Of a stretch of 64,000 bases of DNA, positions 34,601-53,833 are shown piece after piece. The notes beneath the pieces are model-generated. The model saw nothing but the letters and a program-made list of their open reading frames with translations, searched no databases and was not told the DNA's origin. Source of the stretch: the human T2T-CHM13v2.0 reference genome, Homo sapiens; NCBI RefSeq assembly GCF_009914755.1, contig NC_060938.1; one strand, 5' to 3'. A program made the position numbers and the translations under genes. Position 1 is the first letter of the stretch. Each line of letters opens with the position of its first letter.

Positions 34601-37600
34601 CAGTGTAGCCAAAGCCTAGAAAAGTTTTACATCACCTCAGGGATCAGTGCAGAGATATGTCCCAATGTCCCTCTAGGCAGAGCTTAGACAAGAGTCACAT
34701 CTCCTGGGTGATCAGTGCAGAGATATGTCACAATGCCCCCGCAGGTAGGGCCTAGACAAGACTTACATAACCCACGTGATCCGTGCAGAGTGATGTCACA
34801 ACGCCCTCTGTAGGCAGAGACTAGAAAAGAGTTACATCACCTGTGTGATCTGTGCAGAGATATGACACAATGCCCCCTGTAGGCAGAGCATAGAGAAGAG
34901 TTGCATCACCTGGGTGATCAGTGCAGAGATATGTCACAATGTCCCCTGTAGGCAGAGCATATAGAAGAGTTGCATCACCTGGGTGATCAGTGCAGAGATA
35001 TGTCACAATGTCCCCTGTAGGCAGAGCATATAGAAGAGTTGCATCACCTGGGTGATCAGTGCAGAGATATGTCACAATGTCCCCTGTAGGCAAAGCCTAG
35101 GCAAGAGTTACATCACCTTTGTCATCAGTTCAGGGATATGTGAAAACGCCCCTGTAGGCAGAGCCTAGACAAGAGTTACATCACCTAGTTGATCAGTGCA
35201 GAGATATTTCACAATACCCCCTGTAGGCAGATCCTAGACAAGAGTTGAATCACTTGGGTGATCAGTGCAGATATATTTCACAATGCCCTCTTTGGGCAGA
35301 GGGTACACAAGAGTTACATCACCTAGGTTATCGGTGCAGTGATTTTTCAAAATTCCCTGCAGGCAGTGCTTATAAAAGTGTTACATCACCTAAGTGATCA
35401 GTGGGGAGATATGTCACAAAGCTCCTGTAGGCAGAACTTAGATGAGTTACGTCATCTGGGTGATCAGTGCAATGGTATGTCACAAAGCCCCCTGTAGGCA
35501 AAGCCTAGATTATCATTATATCACTTGGGTGATCAGTGGCGAGATGTCTCACAATTTCCTTGTAGGCAGAGCTTATACAACAGTTACATCACCTGAGTGA
35601 TCACTGCAGAGATATGTCGCAACGCCCCCATAGGAAGATCCAAGACAAGAGTCCGTCACCTGTGTGATCAGTGAAGAAATATGTCACAATGCCCCCTTAG
35701 GCAGAGCCTACATAAGAGTCCCATCACCTGGGTGATCAGTGCAGAGACATTTCACAATGCCCCTGCAGACAGAGCGTAAGTAAGTGTTACATCACCTAGA
35801 TGACCAGTGCAGAGATATGTCACAAAGCCCCCCATGGGCAGAGACTGGACAAGAGTTACATCACCTAGGCGATCAATCCAGTGATATGTCACTATGCCCC
35901 GTAGGCAGAGCCTAGTCAAGCGTTACATCACCTGGGTGATCAGTGCTGAGATATGTCACAAATCCCCCATACACAGAGCCTAGAAAAGAGTCCCATCACC
36001 TGGGTGATCAGTGCAGAAATATGTCAAAATGCCCCCATAGGCTGATCCAACACAAGAGTTACATCACCTGGGTGATCAGTGCAGAAATATGTCACAATGC
36101 CCCCTAAGGCAGAGCCTAGACAAAAGCCCCATCACCTAGATGATCAGTGCAGAGTTATGTCACAAATTCCTTTTAGGGAGATCCTAGACAAGCGTCACAT
36201 CACTTGGATGACTAGTGCAGAGATATGTCACAATGCCATTGTAGACAGAGCCTAGACAAGAGTTACATGACCTAGGTGATCAGTGCAGAGATACATCGCA
36301 ATGTCCCTGTAGGCAGAGCCTTGACAAGCGGTACATCACCTGGGTGATCATTGCAGGGATATATCACAAAGCAACCTGTAGGTAGATACTATAAAAGAGT
36401 TACATCACCTGGGTGATCAGTGCAGAGTTATTTCACAAAGCCCCAATACACAGAGCCTAGACAAGTGTCCCATCACCTGGGTGATCAGTGCAGAAATATG
36501 TCACAATGACCCCATAGGCTGATCCAACACAAGAGTTACATCACCTGGGTGATCAGTGCAGAAATATGTCACAATGCCCCCTAAGGCAGAGCCTAGACAA
36601 AAGCCCCATCACCTAGATGATCAGTGCAGAGTTAAGTCACAAATTCCCTTTAGGGAGATCCTAGACAAACGTCTCATCACTTGGATGACTAGTGCAGAGA
36701 TATGTCACAATGCCATTGTAGACAGAGCCTAGACAAGAGTTACATGACCTAGGTGATCAGTGCAGAGATACATCGCAATGTCCCTGTAGGCAGAGCCTTG
36801 ACAAGCGGTACATCACCTGGGTGATCATCGCAGGGATATATCACAAAGCAACCTGTAGGCAGATACTATAAAAGAGTTACATCACCTGGGTGATCAGTGC
36901 AGAGATATGTCACAATGCCACTGTAGGCAGAGCCTAGACAAATCTACATGAACTAGGTGATCATTGCAGAGATACATCGGAATGCCCCTGCAGGCAGAGC
37001 CTTGATAAGGGGTATATCACCTGGGTGATCATTGCAGGGATATGTCACAAAGCACCCTGTAGGCAGATCCTAGAGAAGAGTTATATCACCTGGGTGATCA
37101 GTGCAGAGATATGTCACAAGCCGCCTGTAGCCAGAGCCTAGAAAAGAGTTATATCACTTGGGTGATCAGTGCAGTGATATGTCACAGTGCCGTGTAGCCA
37201 GATCCTAGACTAAAGTTACAGCACCTGGGAGATCAGTGCAGAGATATGTCACAATGTCCCCAGTAGGCAGACAGCAGGCAAGAGTTGGATCACCTCGGGA
37301 TCAGTGCAGAGATATGTCTCAATCCCCCTGTGGGCACAGACTAGACAAGGGTTACAACACCTCGGTTAACAGTGCAGGGATATGTCAAGGTGCCCCTGTA
37401 GGCAGAGCCTACACAATTGTTACATCACTTAGGTGATCAGTGCAGGGATATGTCACAATACCACCTGTAAGCAGAGCATAGAAAAGAGTTGCATCACCTG
37501 GGTGATCAGTGCAGAGATATGTGACAAGGCCCCTTAAAGCAGAGCCTAGGCAATAGTTACATCACCTGAGTGATAAGTGCAGAGATCTGTCACAATGCCC

Positions 37601-38204
37601 CTTTAGGCAGAGCATAGACGAGAGTTACATCACCTGGGTGATCAGTGCAGAGATATGTCACTATACCCCCTTAGGCAAATCCAAGACGAGAGTCCGCCAC
37701 CTGGGTGATCAGTGCAGACATATGTGACAATGCCCCCAGTAGGCAGAGCCTAGAGAAGGGTCCCATCACCTGGTTGATCAGTGCAGAGTTTTTTCACAAT
37801 GCCCCTGCAGGCAGAGCGTAAGCCAGAGTTACATCACCTAGATGATCAGTGCAGAGATATGTCACAAGGCCCCCTATAGGCAGAGCCTGGACAAGAGTTA
37901 CATCACCTTGGTGATCAATGCAGTGATATGTCACTATGCCCTATAGGCAGAGCCTAGTCAAGCGTTACATCACCTGGGTGATCAGTGCAGAGATATGTCA
38001 CAATGCTCCCATACGCAGATCCAACACAAGTTTTACATCACCTGGGTGATCAGTGTAGAGATATGTCATAATGCCCCCATAGGCAGAGCCCAGACAAAAG
38101 TCCCATCACCTGGGTGATCAGTGCAGAGATATGTCAGAAAGCCCCTGTAGGCAGAGCCTAGACAAGAGTTACATCACTTTGTTGATCAGTTCAGAGATGT
38201 GTCA
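28619..38204 (+). repeat. 68-bp beta satellite block (~9.6 kb, with internal duplications)
   Basis: Tandem monomers, + orientation; repeated runs of diagnostic monomer variants. Confidence 0.97.
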
Positions 38205-41990
<3,786 letters not shown>

Positions 41991-44900
41991 TGACACATCT
42001 CTGAAGTGATCAACAAAGTGATGTAACTCTTGTCAAGGCTCTGCCTACAGGGGCTTTGTGACATATCTCTGCACTGATCACCCAGGTGATGAGACTTTTG
42101 TCTAGACTCTGCCTATGGGGGCATTGTGACATATCTCTACACTGATCACCCAGGTGATGTAACACTTTACTAGGCTCTGCCTACGGGACATAGTGACATA
42201 TCACTGCATTGATCACCGAGGTGATGTAACTCTTGTCCAGGATCTGCCTATAGGGGGCCTTGTGACATATCTCTGCACTGATCATCTTGGTGATGTAACT
42301 CTTGCTTACACTCTGCCTGCAGGGGCATTGTGAAATATCTCTGCACTGATCACCCAGGAGATAGGACTCTTCTCTAGGCTCTGCCTACTGGGGGCATTGT
42401 CACATATTTCTGCACTGATCCCCTAGGTGAGGGACACTTGTCTTGCATTTGCCTATGGGGGCATAGTGACATATCTCTGCACTGATCACCCTGGTGATGT
42501 AACTCTGGTTTAAGCTCTGCCTAAAGGGGCATTGTGACAGATCTCTGCACTGATCACTCAGGTGATGTAACTATTGTCTAGACTCTGCTTAAGGGGGTAT
42601 TGTCACATATCTCTGCACTGATCACCCAGGTGATGTAACTCTTGTCTAGGGTCTGCTTACAGGGGGTATTGTGACATATCTCTTGCACTGATCACCTAAG
42701 TGCTGTAACACTTGTGTGGGCTCTGCCTACAGGGGCATTTTGACATATCTCTGCACTGTTAACCGAGGTCATGTAAATCTTGTCTAGTCTGTGCCCACAG
42801 GGGGATTGAGACATATCTCTGCACTGATCCCGAGGTGATCCAGCTCTTGTCTGGTCTCTGCCAACTGGTTACATTGTGACATATCTCTGCACTGATCTCC
42901 CAGGTGCTGTAACTTTAGTCCAGGCTCTGGCTACAAGGCATTTTGAAATATCACTGCACTGATCACCCAGGTGATATAACACTTGTCTAGGCTCTGCCTA
43001 CAAGGGGCTTGTGACATATCTGTGCACTGATCACCCAGGTGATATAACTCTTCCCTAGGATCTGCCTACAGGGTGCTTTGTGACATATCCCTGCAATGAT
43101 TGCCCAGGTGATATACCACTTGTCAAGGCTCTGCCTACAGGGGCATTGCAATGTATCTCTGCACTGATCACCTAGTTCATGTAACTCTTGTCTAGGCTCT
43201 GCCTACAATGGCATTGTGACATATCTCTGCATTGATCACCCAGGTGATGTAACTATTTTCTAGGATCTGCCACAGGGTTCTTTGTGACATATCCCTGCAG
43301 TGATCACCCAGTTGATGTACCACTTGTGAAGGTTCTGCCTACAGGGACATTGCAATGTATCTCGGCACTGATCACCTAGGTCATGTAACTCTTGTCTATG
43401 CTCTGCCTACAGTGGCATTGTGACATATCTCTGCATTGATCATCCAAGTGATGTAACACTTGTCTAGGATCTCCCTAAAGGGACTTTGTGACATAACTCT
43501 GCACTGATCATCCAGGTGATGGGGCTTTTTTCTAGGCTCAGCTTAAGGGGGCATTGTGACATATTTCTGCACTGATCACCCAGGTGACGGACTCTTGTCT
43601 TGGATCTGCCTATGAGGGCATTCGGACATATCTCTGCACTGATCACCCAGGTGATGGAACTGTTGTATAAGCTCTGCCTACAGGGGAATTGTGAGAGATC
43701 TCGCCACTGATCACCCAAGTGATGTAACTATTTTCTAGGCTTTGCCTACAGGGGGCTTTGTGACATACCTTTGCACTGATCACCCAGGTGATGTAACTCA
43801 TCTAAGTTCTGCCTACATTAGCTTTGTGATATATCTCCGCACTGATCACTTAGGTGATGTAACACTTTTATAAGCACTGCCTACAGGGAGTTTTGACAAA
43901 TCTCTCACTGATCACCCAGGTGATGTAACTATTGTCTACCCTCTGCTCAAAGGGGGCATTGTGAAATATCTCTGCACTGATCACCCAGGTGATTCAACTC
44001 TTGTCTAGGATCTGCCTACAGGGGTATTGTGAAATATCTCTTCACTGTTCAACTAGCGGATGTAACTCTTGTCTAGGCTCTGCTTACAGGGGCGTTTTCA
44101 CGTATCCCTGAACTGATGACAAAGGTGACGTAACTCTTACCTGGGCTTTGCCTACAGGAGACATTATGACATATCTCTGCACTGATCACCCAGGTGATGC
44201 AACTCTTCTCTATGCTCTGCCTACAGGGGTCATTGTCACATATCTCTGCACTGATCACCCAGGTGATGTAACTATTTTCAAGTCTCTGCCTACAGAGGGC
44301 GCTGTGACATCATTCTGCACGGATCACCCGGGTTATATCACTCTTGTCTAGGCTCTGCCTATGGGGGCATTGTCACTTATCTCTGCACTGATCACCTAGG
44401 AGATGTGACTCTTGTCTGTGCTCTGCCTTGAGAGACATTGGGACATATATCTGCACTGATCGCTGAGGTGATGTAAAACCTTTCTAGGCTTTGCCTACAG
44501 TGGGATTTATGACATATCTCTGCATTGATCACCCAGGTGATGTAACTCTTTTCTAGGCTCTGCCTGCAGGGGCATTTTAACATATCACTGCAGTGATCAC
44601 CGAGATGATGTAACTGTTGTATAGGCTTCGCTGACAGGGGGCATTGAGACATATCTGTGCACTGATCACAGCGGTGATGCAACTCTTCTCTGTGATCTGC
44701 TTACAGGGGGCACTGTGTCATATCTCTGCCCTGATCACCCAGGTGTTGTAACACTTTTTTAGGCTCTGCCTACTGGAGACATTGTGACATATCTCCGCAC
44801 TGATAACACAGGCGATGTCACTTTTGTCATGGACATGGCTACAGGGATTTTGTCACATGTCACTGCACTGATCACACAGCTCATGTAACTCTTTTCTAGG

Positions 44901-47900
44901 CTCTGGCTACAGGGGGCTCGTGACATATCTCTGCACTGATCACCCAGTTGATGTAACCATTGTCTATGTTCTGCCAAAAGGGGGCATTGTGACATAACTC
45001 TGCACTGATAACCCAGGTGATGGGACTCTTGTCTAGGCTCTGCCTGCAGGGGCATTATGACATATATCTGCAGTGATTACGGAGGTGATGTAACTCTTGT
45101 CTATACCTGCCTACTGGCGGCATTTTGGCATATTTCTGCACTGGTCACTCAGGAGATGGACTCCTGTCTTGGATCTGCGTATGGGGCCATAGTGACATAT
45201 CTCTGCACTGATCACTCATGTGATGTAACGCTTGTCTAAGCTGCGCCTAAAGGGGAATTGTGACAGATATCTCCACTGATCACCCAGGTGATGTAAAAAT
45301 TTTCTGGGATTTGTCTACAGGGTGCTTTGCGACATATTTTGGCACTGATCAACCAGGAGATGTATCTCTTGTCTAGGCTCGGTCTACAGGGGCTTTGGGA
45401 CATATTTCTGCACTGATCACCCAAGAGATATAACTCTTGTTTAGGCTCTGCCTACAGGGGTTTTGTGACATATTTCTGCACTGATCACCCAGGTGATGTA
45501 ACTCTTGTCTAGGCTCTGCTTACAGAGGGTATTGTGAGATGTCTCTGCACTGATCACCCAGGTGATGTAACTCTTGTCTGGGCTCTGCCTACAGGGGCCT
45601 TTTAACATATCACTGCACTGATGACCGAGATGATGTAACTCTTGTATAGGCTTCGCTGACATGAGCATTGAGACATATCTCTGCACTGATCACTGAGGTG
45701 ATGCAACTCTTGTCTGGGATCTGCTTAAAGCGGGCATTGTGACATACCTCTGCCCTGATCACCCAGGTGATGTAACTCTTGTCTGGGCTCTGCCTACAGG
45801 GGCCTTTTAACATATCACTGCACTGATGACCAAGATGATGTAACTCTTGTATAGGCTTCGCCAACATGAGCATTGAGACATATCTCTGCACTGATCAACA
45901 AGGCGATGCAACTCTTGTCTGGGATCTGCTTACAAGGGGCATTGTGACATACCTCTGCCCTGATCAGCCAGGTGATGTAACTCTTGTCTAGGCCTTGCCT
46001 ACTGGAGACCTTGTGACATATCTCTGCACTGATCAACCAGGTGATGTCACTTTTGTCAAGGATATGGCTACAGGGATATTGTGACATGTCACTGCACTGA
46101 TCACACAGCTGATGTAAATCTCGTCTAGGCTCCAGCTACAGGGGTCTTGTGACACATCTCTGCACTGATCACCAGGTGATGTAACCCTTGTGTAGGCTCT
46201 GCCAAAAGGGGACTTTGTGACATAACTCTGCACTGATCTCCCAGGTGATGGGACTCTTTCCTAGGCTCTGCCTACAGGGGCATTTTGATATACCTCTGCA
46301 GTGATCACGCAGGTGATGTAACTCTTGTCTATATCTGCCTACTGGTGGCATTGTGGCAAATTTCTGAACTGATCAGCCAGGTGATGGACTCTTGTCTTGG
46401 ATCTGCCTATGGGGGCATTGTGACGTATCTCTGCACTGATCACCCTGCTGATATAACTGTTGTATAAGCTCTGCCTACAGGGGAATTGTGAGAGATCTCG
46501 CCACTGATCACCTAAGTGATGTAACTATTGTCTAGGCTTTGCCTACAGGGGGCTTTGTGACATACCTTTGCACGGATCACTCAGGTGATGTAACTCATCT
46601 AAGTTCTGCCTACAGGAGCTTTGTGACATATCTCTGCACTGATGACTTAGGTTATGTAACACTTTTATAAGCACAGCCTACAGGGAATTTTGACAAATCT
46701 CTGCTAACTCTTGTCTACCCTCTGCCCAAAGGGGGCATTGTGAAATATCCCTGCAAGGATCTCCCAGGTGATGTAACAATTTTCTGGGATTTGTCTACAA
46801 GGTGATTTGTGACATATCTTTGCACTGATCACCCAGGAGATGTAACTCTTGTCTACGTTTGGCCTACAGGGGCTTTGTGACGTATTTCTGCACTGATCAC
46901 CCAGGTGATGTAACTCTTGTCTAGGCTCCACCTACAGGGGGTATTGTGACATATTTCTGCACTGATCACCCAGGTGAGGGGCTCTTGTCTAGGCTCTGTG
47001 TATGGGGGCTTTGTGACCTATCTCTGCACTGATCACCCAGGTAATATAACGCTTGACTAGGCTCTGCCGACGGGGCATACAGACATATCACTTCATTGAT
47101 CACTGAGGTGATGTAACTCTTGTCCAGGCTCTGCGTATAGGTCGCCTTGTGACATATCTCCGCACTGATCATCAAGGTGATGTAACTCTTGCTTACTCTC
47201 TGCCTGCAGGGGCATTGTGAAATATCTCTGCCTTGATCACCAAGGTGATGGGACTCTTCTCTAGGCTCTGCCTCCTGGGGGCATTGTCACATATTTCTGC
47301 ACTGATCACCCAGGTGACGGACCCTTGTCTTGGATTTGCATATGGGGGCACTGTGACATACCTCTGCACTGATCACCCAGGTGATGTAACTGTTGTATAA
47401 ACTCTGCCTACAGGGGAATTGTGAGATCTCGTCACTGATCACCCAAGTGATGTAACTATTATCCATGAATTGCCTACAGGGGGCTTTGTGATATACCTTT
47501 GTACTGATCACCCAGGTGATGTAAGTCATCTAAGTTCTGCCTACGGGAGCTTTGTGACATATCTCTGCACTGATCACCCAGGTGATGTAACTGTTTTATA
47601 AGCTCTGCCTACAGGGGAATTGTGATAGATGTTGCCACTGATCACCCAAGTGATGTAACTATTGTCTAGGATTTGCCTACAAGGGGCGTTGTGACATACC
47701 TTTGCACTGATCACAAAGGTGATGTAACTCATCTAAGTTGTACCTACAGGAGCTTTGTGACATATCTCTTCACTGATCACTTAGGTGATGTAACACTTTT
47801 ATAAGCACTGCCTACAGGGAATTTTGACAAATCTCTGCACTGATCACCTAGGTGATGTAACTGTTGTCTACCCTCTGCCCAAAGGGGTCATTGTGAAATA

Positions 47901-50900
47901 TCTCTGCACTGATCACCCAGGTGATTCAACTCTTGTCTAGGATCTGCCTAGAGGGGGTAGTGTGAAATATCTCTACACTGATCAACTAGGAGATGTAACT
48001 CTTGTCTAGGCTCTGCCTACAGGGGCGTTTTCACATATAACTGAACTGATGACAAAGGTGATGTAACTGTTGACTAGGCTTGGCCTACAGGGAACATTGT
48101 GACATATCTCTGGACTGATCACCCAGGTGATGCAACTCTTCTCTATGCTCTGCCTACAGGGGACATTGTGACATATCTCTGCATTGATCATCCAGGTGAC
48201 ACAACTCTTCTCTGTACTCTGCCTAAAGGGGGCATTTTGACATCTCTACACTGATCACCCAGGTGATGTAACTCTTTTCTAGTCTCTGCCTACAGAGGGC
48301 GTTGTGACATCACTCTGCACGGATCACCTGCGTTATGTAACTCTTGTCTAGGCTCTGCCTATGGGGGGCATTGTGACTTTTCTCTGCATTGATTACCCAG
48401 GAGATGTGACTCTTTTCTAAGCTCTGCCTAGAGCCACATATGGACATAACTATGCACTGATCACTGAGGTGATGTAAAACTTGTCTAGGCTTTGCCTACA
48501 GTGGGGTTTATGACACATCACTGCACTGATCACCCAGGTGATGTAATTCTTGTCTAGGCTCTGCTTACAGGGGGTATTGCAAGAAATCTCTGCACTGATA
48601 ACCCAGGTGAGGTAACTCTTGTCTAGGCTCCACCTACAGGGTGTATTGTGAGGTAACTCTGCACTGATCACCCAGGTGAAGTAACATTTATCCAGGCTCT
48701 GCCTACAGGGGCGTTTTGACATAGGTCTGCACAGATCACCTAGGTTATGTAACTCTTGTCCACTGTCTGCACTGATCACCCGGGTGATGGGACTCTTCTA
48801 TATTCTCTGTCTAGAGGGGTATTTGTGACATATCTCTGCACTGATCACCCAGGTGATGAAAGTCTTGTCTAGGCTCTGTCTATGGGGGCATTGTGTCAAA
48901 TGTCTGCACTGATCACCCAGGTGATGTAACTCTTTTCTGGGATCTGCCTACAGGGTGCATTGTGACATATCCCTGCAAAGATCACCCAGGTGATGTACCA
49001 CTTGTCAAGGCTCTGCCTACAGGGACATAGCGATGTATCTCTGAACTGATCACCTAGGTCATGTAACTCTTGTCTAGGCTCTGCCTACTGTGGCATTGTG
49101 ATATACCTCTGCACTGATCATCCAAGTGATGTAACTCTTGTCTAGGATCTGCCTAAAGGGACTTTGTGACATAACTCTGCACTGATCATCCAGGTGATGG
49201 CGCTTTTGTCTAGGCTCTGCCTAAGGGGGCCTTGTGACATATTTCTGCACTGATCACCCAGGTGACGGACTCTTCTCTTGGATCTGCCTATGGGTGCATT
49301 GTGACATATCTCTGCACTGATCACCCAGATGATGTAACTGTCGTATAAGCTCTGCGTACAGGGGAATTGTGAGAGATCTCGCCACTGATCACCCAAGTGA
49401 AGTAACTATTGTCTAGGCTTTGCCTACAGGGTGCTTTGTGACATACCTTTGCACTGATCACCTAGGTGATGTATCTCATCTAAGATCTGCCTACAGGAGC
49501 ATTGTGACATATCCCTGCACTGATCACTTTGGTGATGTAACACTTTTATCAGCACTGCCTACACGGAATTTTGACAAATCTCTGCACTGGTCATCTAGGT
49601 GGTGTAACTCTTGTCTAGGCTCCACCTACTGGGGTGTTGTGAAGTATCTCTGCACTGATCACCCAGGTGATGTAACATTTATCTAGGCTCTGCCTACAGG
49701 GGCGTTTTGACATAGCTCTGCACAGATCACCTAGGTTATGTAACTCTTGTCCGCTCTCTGCCTACAGGGGGCATTGTGAAATATCTCTGCACTGATAACC
49801 CAGGTGATGGGACCCTTCTCGATACTCTGCCTAGAGGGGGATTTTTGACATATCTCTGCACTGATCACCCAGATGATGGAAGTCTTGTCTAGGCTCTGTC
49901 TATGTGGACATTGTGTCAAATATCTGCAATGATCACCCAGGTGATGTAACTCTTGTCTAGGCTCTGTCTACAGGGATTTATGTGACATATCACTGCACTG
50001 ATCACCTAGGTGATGTAAGCCTTGTATGGGCTTTGCCTACAGAAGGCTTTGTGACATATCTATGCACTGATCTCTGAGGTGATGCAACTCTTGTCTGGGC
50101 ACTGCCTACAGGGGTCATTGGTACATATGTCTGCACTGATAACCCAGGTGATGGACTCTTCTCTTAGATCTGACTACATGGACATTGTGACACATCTCTG
50201 AACTGATCACCCATGTGAAGAATCTCTTTTGTAGCCTCTGCCTAGAGGGGTTTTGTGACACATCTCTGCACTGATCACCCTGGGGAGGAAAGCCTTGTCT
50301 ACGCTCTGCCTACAGGAGGCTTTATGACTTATACCTGCACTGATAACCTAGGTGATGTAACACTTGTCTAGGCTCTGCCTACACGGGAATTCGCACATAT
50401 CTCTGTACTGATCACCCAGGTGATGTAATTCCTGTCTAGGTTCAGCCTACAGGAGCGTTTTGACATATCTCTGCACTGATCACACAGGTGATGTAACCCT
50501 TGTCTAAGCTCTGCCTACAGGGTATTGTGACAGATGTCTCCACTGCTCACCCAGGTGATGTAACAATTATCTGGGCTTTGCCTACAGGGAGCTTTGTGAT
50601 ATACATTTCCACTGATCAAACAGGTGATGTAACCCTTGTCAAGGTTCTGCTTACAGGGGCTTTGTGACATATCTCTGCACTGATCACCCCTGGGAGGAAA
50701 CATTTGTCTACACTCTGCATACAGGAGGCTTTACGACTTATCCCTGCACTGATCACTAGGTGATGTAACACTCGTCTAGGCTCTGTCTTCACGGGAATTT
50801 TCACATATCTCTACACTGATCACCTAAGTGATGTAACCCTTTTCTAGGTTCAGCCTACTGGGGATTTCTGACATACCTATGCACTGATCACCGAGGTGAT

Positions 50901-51062
50901 GTAAATCATTTCCAGGCTTTTTGTACAGGGGACATTGTGATAAATCTCTGCACTGATCACTCAAATGATGCAAATCTTCTCTAGGCTCCGCAGGGAGGGG
51001 ACATTGTGACATATTTCTGAACCGAACATCCCGGATTTGTAACTATTCTCCAGGGTTTGAGT
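41991..51062 (-). repeat. 68-bp beta satellite block (~9.1 kb)
   Basis: Tandem monomers, - orientation. Confidence 0.97.
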
Positions 51063-53833
<2,771 letters not shown>

